Origin: Lachnospiraceae bacterium
Lineage (GTDB): Bacteria; Bacillota; Clostridia; Lachnospirales; Lachnospiraceae
DNA length: 64,000 bases
Direction of reading: 5' to 3'
Assembly (NCBI GenBank): GCA_024405155.1
Contig: JAKSPC010000003.1
Span: 24,846 to 88,845 of the forward strand
Below, piece after piece: positions 48,591 through 58,912 of the stretch. Each line of letters starts with the position of its first letter. The first letter of the stretch is position 1. A program made the translations under genes and the position numbers. The notes below the pieces were generated by a model. That model searched no databases, was not told the origin of the DNA, and saw only the letters and a program-made list of their open reading frames with translations.

Positions 48591-49083
48591 ACTGCCTTAC
48601 ATATTCACTTTCTGTCTTTTCATAAGTCACCACGTTTTCCTGGCCGGCATGCACCATGCCCAGTTTTCCCACTGCCGTGTTATACACATAAGCCAGATCA
48701 ACAGAAGTATCGATGCTCTGTTCCAGTGCGTCGTTCTCGTTTTTCAAAGCCTCCAGCGTCGTCTCCATTTTCCGGATCGACGAAAGATGCATGTCTACGG
48801 AAGACCTGAGGCTTAAAAAGCTCATCAGAATGGCGACCACAACGATAACAGCCGCGACCAGCACCAGAAGGGACGGCAGTTCCATGCTGACGGAAGCTCT
48901 TCTTCTGTCGGCCCTGGCATCGGCCTCCTGGCGGAAATTCCGGTTCTGAAGAGCAGCCTTTCTTGTAAGGTCTCTCTCATAAAAGGGATCCGTTTCACGG
49001 CGTACCACACGAACGGTGTTTCCTTCCGTGATGTAAGAAGTTCTTTCGCGATATGCAATTGCTCCTGCAGTCCTTGTTCTCAT
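48568..49083 (-). CDS. ftsL: FtsL-like septum formation protein
   Basis: 171-aa bitopic protein with a single TM segment followed by a coiled coil. Lies in the conserved slot between rsmH and the PBP gene. Confidence 0.65.
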   Translation of the reverse strand: MRTRTAGAIAYRERTSYITEGNTVRVVRRETDPFYERDLTRKAALQNRNFRQEADARADRRRASVSMELPSLLVLVAAVIVVVAILMSFLSLRSSVDMHLSSIRKMETTLEALKNENDALEQSIDTSVDLAYVYNTAVGKLGMVHAGQENVVTYEKTESEYVRQYERIPEL

Positions 49084-50027
49084 GCTTCTGTCTTCTCAAA
49101 TATTCTCAGCTTCGCGCTGTGTGCTCTCTGGTTGTTTCCCAGTTCCTCTTCCCCCGCCGTTACCGGTTTCCTGGTAACAACGCTCCCCTTGCTCTTTCTG
49201 CCGCAAACGCAGACCGGAAAATCCGGCGGGCAGATGCAGGGGTCCTCAGCTTCCTTGAACGCCTGCTTTACGATCCTGTCTTCCAGGCTGTGAAAACTGA
49301 TGATGCACAGTCTCCCGCCCGGTGCCAGCAGGTCGATCAGGTCACCGATCACATTTTTCAGAATGTCCAGTTCCCGGTTAACTTCTATACGGATGGCCTG
49401 AAACGTCTTCTTGGAAGGATGTCCTCCCGTTTCCCGGAATCTTGCGGGAATGGATGCCTTGATCGTCTCTGTCAGTTCAAATGTGGTCCGGATGGGAGCG
49501 ATCTCCCTGTTTTTCACGATCCTTGCCGCAATGTTTTTTGCGAATTTTTCCTCCCCGTAGTCTTTCAGGATGCGGCACAGCTCATTTTCGCTGTAAGTGT
49601 TCACCACGTCGTAGGCCGTCATCACATCGGACCGGTCCATCCGCATGTCCAGCGGTGCGTCCTCTCTGTAGGAGAACCCCCGGTCTTTGTTGTCGAACTG
49701 ATAGGAAGATACACCCAGATCCAAAAGGATCCCGTTTACTTTATCGATCCCCAGATCCGAAAGGATCTGTTTCGTATTTTCATAGTTGCCCTTAACGATC
49801 GTCACCCGGTCCATAAAGGGCTCAAGCCGTTTTGCGGCTGCTTCGATGGCCTCCGCGTCTCTGTCTATCCCTATAAGCTTGCCGCCCCGGGAAAGCTTTT
49901 CCGCCACCAGGAAGGCATGTCCTCCGCCGCCCAGCGTTCCGTCCACGTAAATACCGGAAGGATCGATTTTAAGACCTTCGATCACCTCTTCCGGAAGTAC
50001 TGAAAGATGCCTGAATTCCTGTGCCAT
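49080..50027 (-). CDS. rsmH: 16S rRNA (cytosine1402-N4)-methyltransferase
   Basis: [18 protein letters not shown] and [11 protein letters not shown] motifs. Confidence 0.96.
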   Translation of the reverse strand: MAQEFRHLSVLPEEVIEGLKIDPSGIYVDGTLGGGGHAFLVAEKLSRGGKLIGIDRDAEAIEAAAKRLEPFMDRVTIVKGNYENTKQILSDLGIDKVNGILLDLGVSSYQFDNKDRGFSYREDAPLDMRMDRSDVMTAYDVVNTYSENELCRILKDYGEEKFAKNIAARIVKNREIAPIRTTFELTETIKASIPARFRETGGHPSKKTFQAIRIEVNRELDILKNVIGDLIDLLAPGGRLCIISFHSLEDRIVKQAFKEAEDPCICPPDFPVCVCGRKSKGSVVTRKPVTAGEEELGNNQRAHSAKLRIFEKTEA

Positions 50028-50464
50028 TACAGTTCCAGCTCCTCCAGTTTGGAAAGCTCCTCCGGCGTCATGTTTTCCAGAGCATCCTTTCCGTTGACTG
50101 CATCCCAGGCTTCCTTGTCCCAGATCTCCACCCTGTCACCAAGTCCCGTGAACACGATGTCCTTTTTGAGGTCTGCCGCATTCCGCAGAGGATTCGGGAT
50201 CAGGATCCTTCCCATCTGATCAACTTCGCATTCAATGGCGTTTCCCAGAAACAGCCGGGAAAGCTTTCTTCCGGCAGTGTTTGTGAGGCTTAAGGATTCC
50301 AGGTTCTTCCGGATCCGTGCCCAGCGTTCCGCGGGGTAGGCGGTCAGGCACCCTTCAAAGCCTCTGGTCACCGTAAAGGACGCGCCCAGTTCCTCGCGGA
50401 ATCTGGCCGGGATCGTCACCCTGCCCTTTGCGTCCATTGTGTGATTGTACTCACCGGTCAACAT
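50027..50464 (-). CDS. mraZ: transcriptional regulator MraZ
   Basis: [19 protein letters not shown] and a second DxxGR repeat (DQMGRILIP). The alternative GTG start at 50488 would lie inside the repeat array. Confidence 0.9.
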   Translation of the reverse strand: MLTGEYNHTMDAKGRVTIPARFREELGASFTVTRGFEGCLTAYPAERWARIRKNLESLSLTNTAGRKLSRLFLGNAIECEVDQMGRILIPNPLRNAADLKKDIVFTGLGDRVEIWDKEAWDAVNGKDALENMTPEELSKLEELEL

Positions 50465-50469
50465 TGAAA

Positions 50470-50509
50470 TTCTGCCACTTTCTGACACTATTTGACACTT
50501 TCTGCCACT
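50470..50509 (-). promoter_or_regulatory. MraZ-box array: four tandem 10-bp direct repeats
   Basis: Minus strand AGTGGCAGAA / AGTGTCAAAT / AGTGTCAGAA / AGTGGCAGAA. This fits the published AAAGTG[G/T]-type MraZ operator repeats and lies between the candidate promoter and the ATG. Confidence 0.72.
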
Positions 50510-50519
50510 TCTTGCTTAT

Positions 50520-50547
50520 ATTTTACTCGATATTTCATCAAAGTCAA
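50520..50547 (-). promoter_or_regulatory. candidate Pmra promoter
   Basis: Minus strand TTGACT-16 nt-TAAAAT, immediately upstream of the repeat array. Confidence 0.55.
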
Positions 50548-50548
50548 T

Positions 50549-50580
50549 AAAAAAACAGGCTCAGCTTTGCCAAACCTGTT
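50549..50580 (-). terminator. rho-independent terminator after lgt
   Basis: Minus strand AACAGG...CCTGTT stem followed by TTTTTTTATT. Confidence 0.65.
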
Positions 50581-50609
50581 GGAATCCTTGTATTTTTTTT
50601 AAAACAATC

Positions 50610-51506
50610 TTATTCGATAGCTTTCTGTGTTTCCCCGGCTTTTTTCAGCTGTATCCGTTTCACCAGGATCATTGTAATACCGAAGACCGCCAGCAGTGCC
50701 GACAGACACTGGGAAACGCGCAGACCCGTTCCGGCAATGTACAGGGAGTCCGTACGGAGTCCTTCGATCCACGTCCTTCCGATCCCGTAAAGCGCCAGAT
50801 ACAGATAGAAGATCTCACCCTTGAACTTCTGCACTTTCCTTCCGTACCACAGACCGATCCCCAGGGATGCCAGGTTCCACAGAGACTCATAAAGAAACGT
50901 GGGGTGTACCTGAATGTAATTTATCCCGGCATCCGTGATCATGTGAAGTTTCATTTTTTCAGTGATCGCAGAAGGATTCACCAGGCTTTCTTTCATGCGC
51001 ATTGCCAACAGCGTATCGGTGTACTCTCCGAAAGCCTCGCAGTTAAAGAAATTCCCCCATCTGCCCAGCGCCTGCCCGAACCACAGTCCCAGCACCACGG
51101 AGTCCAGCATTTCCAGAAAATTCTTCTTTTTTATCTTACAGTAAATGATGATCGCCAGTGCGCCGCCGATGATGCCGCCGTAAATGGCAAGACCACCGCC
51201 GCGGATATTCAGGATCTGAACCGGATCGTTCTTATAGTTATCCCATCTGAACGCCACATAATAGAGCCTTGCGCCTATCACAGCAGCAATGATCCCGTAG
51301 ATGAACATGTCCCAGTAAGCGTCCGGATCCTGCCCTCTCCTCTTTGCATCTGCTGTAACAATAAGCATGCCAATGAGAAAGCCAAGACCGATGACGATAC
51401 CGTAAAACATGATATCAAAACCGAAGACCGTGATGTGATCGCGGATCTTCGGGATCACGATCCCCAGATGCGGAAAAATGATATCGGCTCCGTTATATGA
51501 TGACAT
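50610..51506 (-). CDS. lgt: prolipoprotein diacylglyceryl transferase
   Basis: 298-aa polytopic ORF with GARLYYV, GGLAIYGGIIGG and GRWGNFFN motifs. Confidence 0.94.
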   Translation of the reverse strand: MSSYNGADIIFPHLGIVIPKIRDHITVFGFDIMFYGIVIGLGFLIGMLIVTADAKRRGQDPDAYWDMFIYGIIAAVIGARLYYVAFRWDNYKNDPVQILNIRGGGLAIYGGIIGGALAIIIYCKIKKKNFLEMLDSVVLGLWFGQALGRWGNFFNCEAFGEYTDTLLAMRMKESLVNPSAITEKMKLHMITDAGINYIQVHPTFLYESLWNLASLGIGLWYGRKVQKFKGEIFYLYLALYGIGRTWIEGLRTDSLYIAGTGLRVSQCLSALLAVFGITMILVKRIQLKKAGETQKAIE

Positions 51507-51511
51507 GTCTC

Positions 51512-52609
51512 TTATACGTTGAACCGGAAGATGATGGTATCACCGTCCTTCACAACGTACTCCTTTCCTTCGATCCTTACCAGACCCTTTTCCTTTGCCG
51601 CCGCCAGAGAGCCGCAGTCCAGCAGATCCCTGTAGTTGATGACTTCCGCCTTGATGAATCCCCGCTCAAAATCCGAATGGATCTTGCCGGCAGCCTGGGG
51701 CGCCTTGGTACCTTTTTTGATAGTCCAGGCACGGGTCTCTTTTTCGCCGGCGGTAAGAAAGCTCATCAGGCCCAGCAGGTCGTAGGAAGCGGCGATCAGT
51801 TTGTCCAGTCCGGATTCTTTGATCCCCAGGGTCTCCAGGTATTCCGCCTTTTCCTCGTCATCCAGTTCCGAGATCTCCTCCTCGATGCGGGCCGAGATCA
51901 CGAACACGCCGTTGCCGTTTTCTTTTGCGAACTCCCTGACCTTCTGTACATACGGATTGGAAGCGCCGTCATCTGCCAGATCCTCTTCCGCCACGTTGGC
52001 CGCAAAGATCATGGGCTTTGTGGTAAGCAGGAACAGAGAATCCACGAATTTCTTATCTTCCTCATCTTCGATCTCCACAGAGGAAGCCATTTTTCCGGAA
52101 AGAAGCGCTTCCTGGAATTTTTTCAGGATCACCAGCTGTGCCTTAGCTTCCTTGTCGTTCATGGCCAGCTTGGTCGTTTTGGCGATCCTCTTTTCCAGGA
52201 TCTCCAGATCTGAAAAGATCAGTTCCAGATTGATGGTCTCGATGTCACGGATGGGATCCACGGAACCGTCCACGTGAATGATATTGGAATCTTCAAAGCA
52301 GCGTACCACGTGTACGATGGCATCGCACTCACGGATGTTGCCCAGGAACTGGTTCCCCAGTCCTTCTCCCTTGGATGCGCCCTTCACAAGGCCTGCAATG
52401 TCAACGAATTCGATCACTGCCGGTGTGGTCTTCTGAGACTTGTAAAGATCCGTCAGAAGATCCAGACGTTTGTCCGGCACGGCTACGATGCCCACGTTGG
52501 GGTCAATGGTGCAGAAGGGATAGTTGGCGCTCTCCGCTCCCGCCTTTGTCAGTGAATTGAAAAGTGTGGATTTTCCCACATTGGGAAGTCCTACGATACC
52601 TAATTTCAT
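51512..52609 (-). CDS. ychF: redox-regulated ribosome-binding ATPase YchF
   Basis: [25 protein letters not shown] and a C-terminal TGS-like domain. GGAG upstream directly abuts the stop of the preceding ORF. Confidence 0.97.
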   Translation of the reverse strand: MKLGIVGLPNVGKSTLFNSLTKAGAESANYPFCTIDPNVGIVAVPDKRLDLLTDLYKSQKTTPAVIEFVDIAGLVKGASKGEGLGNQFLGNIRECDAIVHVVRCFEDSNIIHVDGSVDPIRDIETINLELIFSDLEILEKRIAKTTKLAMNDKEAKAQLVILKKFQEALLSGKMASSVEIEDEEDKKFVDSLFLLTTKPMIFAANVAEEDLADDGASNPYVQKVREFAKENGNGVFVISARIEEEISELDDEEKAEYLETLGIKESGLDKLIAASYDLLGLMSFLTAGEKETRAWTIKKGTKAPQAAGKIHSDFERGFIKAEVINYRDLLDCGSLAAAKEKGLVRIEGKEYVVKDGDTIIFRFNV

Positions 52610-52620
52610 AATCTATACTC

Positions 52621-53694
52621 CTATTGCATTTTTTCAATATATTCCCGCAATCTCGGAAGAGTGATCTTCACGCTTCCTGTCTCTGATGTATCAAGAATAT
52701 GCTTCTTCTTCAGATTTTCGCGGTGTTGACTGTATCCCCTGATTTTCTGCTCCAGTTCAGCCCGGTTCCCTGTTTCTGACGCAAGGACCGTTTTCACAAA
52801 CTCTTTTTCCGCAACAGTCAATGAATTCCACAGGAGATCATATGTGGGCGCCATACGACGATCGAAAGAATTCAAAACAGTATCCAGAGAATCTGTTTCT
52901 TTTTTTGTGAAATACTCGTCTCCCAAAAGCTGGTAGCCCCAGGCATATCCGCCGGTGATACGGGCCAGCTTTTCTGCTTCTTCTTCAGAAACTTCAAGAA
53001 GTTTTTCATACATGTATCTGATTTCGTGTACATTTAACGGTGAGGCAATCAGTGCTTTCGGCCGGGCGAAAAATGACAAATGCGGAACTTTCGTAAACTC
53101 CTCAATATTCTTCTCCAGCCCGGTGGCAATAATACGCATATTTATATTCTGGTTCAGTAAAAAAGATCCGATCACACTCAAAAACTCGATCATGCCTGCG
53201 GTTGCTGCAATATCGTCGATACCGATCAGTATTGTATTCCCCGCCCGGGTGACCGCCTCACACATGTAACGCAATTCATCTGTTTTGTCATAATACGCCG
53301 GATTTCTTTCTGTCTTTTTCGTTTCAGAAGACGAAACCGATCCTTTTACGAATTCAATTCCACCATCCAGTTCTCTGTGTGTAGCCGATTCTCTCTTTTC
53401 AAGGAATGCAGCCTCCCCCATCTCCCGACTAAGAGCTGAAATCAGCGTGTCCACAGGAGACCCGCCTGCCGGCAGAGAATAAACCTTCCACCCTTCTTCA
53501 GATGAAAAATGATCCAGTACTTTTTTATACTCGACAGATTTCCCGGACCCCCTCAAACCAAGAATTTTATAAACATACTGTGTTGAATACGGGCTGTCAA
53601 AATTTGCAATGATCTCGTCTGCTATTCCCGTATTGATATATGCTTTTCCGGCAATACCCGGAGTCGTCGTAAACGGACTGATATGCACAGTCAT
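52621..53694 (-). CDS. orphan P-loop (AAA+/STAND-like) ATPase with C-terminal winged-helix-like region; function unknown
   Basis: 357-aa ORF with Walker A GLRGSGKS (residues 46-53) and Walker B ILIGIDD (residues 155-161). The C-terminal ~80 aa are helix-rich (LTVAEKEFVKTVL...). AGGAAGG lies upstream of the ATG. The gene is visibly AT-richer than its neighbours. Confidence 0.7.
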   Translation of the reverse strand: MTVHISPFTTTPGIAGKAYINTGIADEIIANFDSPYSTQYVYKILGLRGSGKSVEYKKVLDHFSSEEGWKVYSLPAGGSPVDTLISALSREMGEAAFLEKRESATHRELDGGIEFVKGSVSSSETKKTERNPAYYDKTDELRYMCEAVTRAGNTILIGIDDIAATAGMIEFLSVIGSFLLNQNINMRIIATGLEKNIEEFTKVPHLSFFARPKALIASPLNVHEIRYMYEKLLEVSEEEAEKLARITGGYAWGYQLLGDEYFTKKETDSLDTVLNSFDRRMAPTYDLLWNSLTVAEKEFVKTVLASETGNRAELEQKIRGYSQHRENLKKKHILDTSETGSVKITLPRLREYIEKMQ

Positions 53695-53713
53695 CCATCC
53701 TTCCTAATAAGCC

Positions 53714-53853
53714 TGATTTTTTTTGATTTCAATTCTGTTTTTTGATTTATTCTGATTTTTATATTGATCTATTGATTATTTTTGATTCTTTTTATAGTAT
53801 TCTACCAGTAATAAAGTGAATTGGCAAGTCTTCCGTTCTACTTGATTCTGATC
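53714..53853. repeat. array of nine TGAT[T/C] pentamers, seven of them helically phased
   Basis: Plus-strand starts are 53714, 53724, 53743, 53753, 53765 (TGATC), 53773 and 53783, plus 53843 and 53849 (TGATC). T5-T8 tracts lie between the copies. Confidence 0.85.
53799..53827 (-). promoter_or_regulatory. candidate sigma-70-type promoter for the ATPase (and ychF-lgt)
   Basis: Minus strand TTGCCA-17 nt-TAGAAT, about 105 nt upstream of the ATPase ATG and downstream of the dnaJ terminator. Confidence 0.55.
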
Positions 53854-53885
53854 CCCGATTTCAAATTCTTGTCCAAAAACAAGAT

Positions 53886-53917
53886 GTCCGTTTGCTGCTA
53901 TTCTACAACAAACGGAC
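53886..53917 (-). terminator. rho-independent terminator after dnaJ
   Basis: 9-bp stem GTCCGTTTG/CAAACGGAC, followed on the minus strand by ATCTTGTTTTTGG. Confidence 0.7.
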
Positions 53918-53940
53918 GGGTAAATCCAATGCTTCTTGAG

Positions 53941-55095
53941 TTACGGCTTTGACGGGTCTTCCCCGCAGCTTTCAGCATAAGCCTTCAGAGCTTCCTTCTG
54001 CGCCGGTGTCAGCGCGGTGGGCACTTTCACCATCAGTGTTACGTACTGGTCGCCGCGAACGTTTTTGTTGTTCAGATACGGGACGCCTTTCCCCTTTAAG
54101 CGGATCTTGGTATCGGTAGGCGTTCCCGGTTTCACCTGGTATTCCACCTTGCCGTCCACGGTCTCGATATGTAACGGTCCGCCCAGCGCCATCTTGGCAT
54201 AGGGAACGGATACGGTGGAGAAGATGGTGTTTCCCTGGCGTTTGAATTTGGGATCCATGGAAACATCCACTTCCACCAGAAGATCCCCTCTGGGGCCGCC
54301 GTTAAGTCCCGGCTCGCCCGCTCCGGAAAGCCTTACTGCCTGTCCGTCGTCAATGCCTGCAGGAATGGTCACCTTAAAGCGCTTGCGCATCTTGGTGTAT
54401 CCGGTTCCCCGGCAGTCGGGACATTTTTCCTTAATGACCTTGCCGGCCCCCTGACAATCGGGGCACACGGTAACGGTCTGCATCTGACCGAAGAACGGAT
54501 TGTTCTGCACTACGCTCACTTTTCCGCGGCCGCCGCACTTTGCACAGGTCACCGGACTGGTACCCGGCTTGGCACCGCTTCCGCCGCATTTTGTACAGGC
54601 GTCACGGTAATCCGTTTCGATCTCTTTTTCGCAGCCGAAGATCGCTTCCTTGAAGCCCACTCTGACCGTGGTGCCCACATCGCTTCCTCTTCTGGCTGTG
54701 TTCTGGCTGTATCCGTCATAGGACGAGTATCCGCCTCTGCCGCCGAAGCCGCCGAAACCTCCGAAACCGCCGCCACCGCCGAACAGATCGGAAAAGATGT
54801 CACTGAAGTCCATTCCGCCGAAATCGAATCCGCCGAAGCCGGATGCCTGGCCGGCAGCCGAATTGGCGTCAAAAGCCGCATGGCCGTAACGGTCGTATGC
54901 TGCCCTTTTTTCTGCATCGGAAAGGACGGCATAGGCTTCGCCTGCCTCTTTGAATTTTGCTTCGGCCTCCTTGTTGCCGGGGTTGGCATCGGGGTGATAT
55001 TTTTTCGCCAGCTGTCTGTATGCTTTTTTGATCGTAGCCTCATCAGCGTCTTTTGCTACGCCGAGGACTTCGTAATAATCTCTCTTGTCTGCCAT
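53941..55095 (-). CDS. dnaJ: molecular chaperone DnaJ
   Basis: Start set at [13 protein letters not shown] (J domain with HPD), followed by a G/F-rich region and four CxxCxGxG zinc-finger repeats. The upstream 32 codons of the track ORF lie inside the intergenic hairpin. Confidence 0.96.
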   Translation of the reverse strand: MADKRDYYEVLGVAKDADEATIKKAYRQLAKKYHPDANPGNKEAEAKFKEAGEAYAVLSDAEKRAAYDRYGHAAFDANSAAGQASGFGGFDFGGMDFSDIFSDLFGGGGGFGGFGGFGGRGGYSSYDGYSQNTARRGSDVGTTVRVGFKEAIFGCEKEIETDYRDACTKCGGSGAKPGTSPVTCAKCGGRGKVSVVQNNPFFGQMQTVTVCPDCQGAGKVIKEKCPDCRGTGYTKMRKRFKVTIPAGIDDGQAVRLSGAGEPGLNGGPRGDLLVEVDVSMDPKFKRQGNTIFSTVSVPYAKMALGGPLHIETVDGKVEYQVKPGTPTDTKIRLKGKGVPYLNNKNVRGDQYVTLMVKVPTALTPAQKEALKAYAESCGEDPSKP

Positions 55096-55115
55096 ATATT
55101 CAAAAACTCCACAGA

Positions 55116-55223
55116 CAGCGCGGGTGGATTGCGAGTCGTGCGTGCTTTGCAGCGAGTTTCGCAGCGAAGCGAGAACTGTTTGAAGCTGCAAACACGCACC
55201 GAAGCATGGTACCGCCCGCGCTG
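55116..55223 (-). other. long imperfect GC-rich hairpin (~108 nt) in the dnaK-dnaJ spacer
   Basis: Outer 12-bp stem 55116-55127 / 55212-55223 (one G.U pair). Inner 15-bp stem 55138-55153 / 55185-55199 (one bulge). A further small apical helix is also present. Confidence 0.7.
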
Positions 55224-55241
55224 GTTTAGATTTTCAGTCTA

Positions 55242-57729
<2,488 letters not shown>

Positions 57730-57755
57730 ATTTGTTTCACCTCCGTGATGCTATT

Positions 57756-58808
57756 TCAGAAATCGCGGAAAGCGCGATCAAGCTGTTCCTTGAAGTTCTC
57801 CATGGTCTCCATGACCTTCTCATAATCCATGCGCTTGGGGCCGATAACGCCGATCACGCCGCGCATGCCTTCTCCGATCTCGTATCTTGCCGTTACCAGA
57901 GAACAGTTCTGCATATTCTTAACGGGACCTTCCCCGCCGAAATACACACGGACCTCGTTTTTCTCCCTTTCGTCTTCTTCATCGTCACAGAAGTCTCTCA
58001 CTTCTCTGACCAGACGTTTCAGTTCTTCTTTTTCCTCAAACGCGGTGATGAGTTCCGTTGCCCTCTGTGCGTCAGACAGTTCCGGATACTTGAAAATGTT
58101 CTTTGCGCCGGAGGTAAATACCTCTCCGCCTTCCGAATCACTTTCGATCAGTTCCACCACGGCATCGATCACAGCTTTTACGGATTCTTTATGATCTCCC
58201 GCCTGCACCATCATTTCCGTCACCAGTTTTGTGGTGATCTGGTCAAGGCTTAATCCCGCCAGATGGTTGTTCAGCATGATATCAAGGTTCCTTACGGTCT
58301 CCTGGTCCAGATCCTCCGGGATGCTGATCACTTCATTCTTAATGACGTTGCCGTCAAGAACGAGGATCAGAAGAAGTTTTCCTTTTTCCGGCACGGAGAG
58401 CTGAATGTATTTGATCTTGTTATTTTCAATGGTCGGTCCGCTGATCAGTGCCGCATAATCCGTATTCCTCGCCAGCGCTTTTACCAGATCCGTGAAGATC
58501 TTTTCCATGCGGTCCACTCTGCGGATCATCAGGTCGCTGACATCTCTTACCTTCTGTCTGGAATCCGAACGGATGGTGTCTACGTAAAAACGGTATCCTT
58601 TATCCGTAGGGATCCTTCCGGCAGAAGTGTGAGGCTGTTCCAGATACCCCATCTCCTCCAGATCGCTCATTTCATTTCGGATCGTTGCCGAACTTAAATT
58701 CAGATCGCTGAGTTTCGAGATGGTCCTGGATCCTACCGGTTCCCCGGTATCCAGGTAGTTTTTGATGATCGACTTCAGTATAATGTATTTTCTCTCATCA
58801 AGCTCCAT
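57756..58808 (-). CDS. hrcA: heat-inducible transcription repressor HrcA
   Basis: 350-aa ORF with an N-terminal wHTH (ERKYIILKSIIKNYLDTGEPVGSRTI), MSDLEEMGYL, and position at the head of the dnaK operon. Confidence 0.95.
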   Translation of the reverse strand: MELDERKYIILKSIIKNYLDTGEPVGSRTISKLSDLNLSSATIRNEMSDLEEMGYLEQPHTSAGRIPTDKGYRFYVDTIRSDSRQKVRDVSDLMIRRVDRMEKIFTDLVKALARNTDYAALISGPTIENNKIKYIQLSVPEKGKLLLILVLDGNVIKNEVISIPEDLDQETVRNLDIMLNNHLAGLSLDQITTKLVTEMMVQAGDHKESVKAVIDAVVELIESDSEGGEVFTSGAKNIFKYPELSDAQRATELITAFEEKEELKRLVREVRDFCDDEEDEREKNEVRVYFGGEGPVKNMQNCSLVTARYEIGEGMRGVIGVIGPKRMDYEKVMETMENFKEQLDRAFRDF

Positions 58809-58829
58809 GTTCGGCCTCCTTTCTGTTTG

Positions 58830-58856
58830 TTAGCACTCTGTGCTGTTGACTGCTAA
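58830..58856 (-). promoter_or_regulatory. CIRCE operator (HrcA binding site)
   Basis: Minus strand TTAGCAGTC-N9-GAGTGCTAA against the consensus TTAGCACTC-N9-GAGTGCTAA (one mismatch). Lies 22 nt upstream of the hrcA ATG. Confidence 0.9.
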
Positions 58857-58863
58857 CAAGCAT

Positions 58864-58892
58864 ATAATATAATACCGCCTGACAATTGTCAA
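58864..58892 (-). promoter_or_regulatory. sigma-70-type promoter of the hrcA-grpE-dnaK-dnaJ operon
   Basis: Minus strand TTGACA-17 nt-TATTAT. CIRCE begins 7 nt downstream of the -10 element. Confidence 0.65.
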
Positions 58893-58897
58893 GCGGT
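58874..58897 (-). terminator. palindrome after hemW overlapping the hrcA -35 (possible weak terminator)
   Basis: ACCGCTTGACA-AT-TGTCAGGCGGT on the minus strand, followed by an A/U-rich tract. Confidence 0.35.
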
Positions 58898-58912
58898 TTT
58901 ATAAAAAGTTTG

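Noticed and set aside
53714-53853. Whether the TGATT array is a CRISPR array or a minisatellite.
   Set aside because: The repeat unit is only 5 bp with ~5-nt spacers, and there are no 25-40-bp repeats or spacers. It is a phased short-motif array, not CRISPR.
55096-55191. N-terminal 32-codon extension of dnaJ in the ORF track, and a ~35-codon mini-ORF inside the dnaK-dnaJ spacer.
   Set aside because: The canonical J-domain start [13 protein letters not shown] is at 55095. The upstream codons are simply the arms of the intergenic hairpin, and there is no SD sequence.
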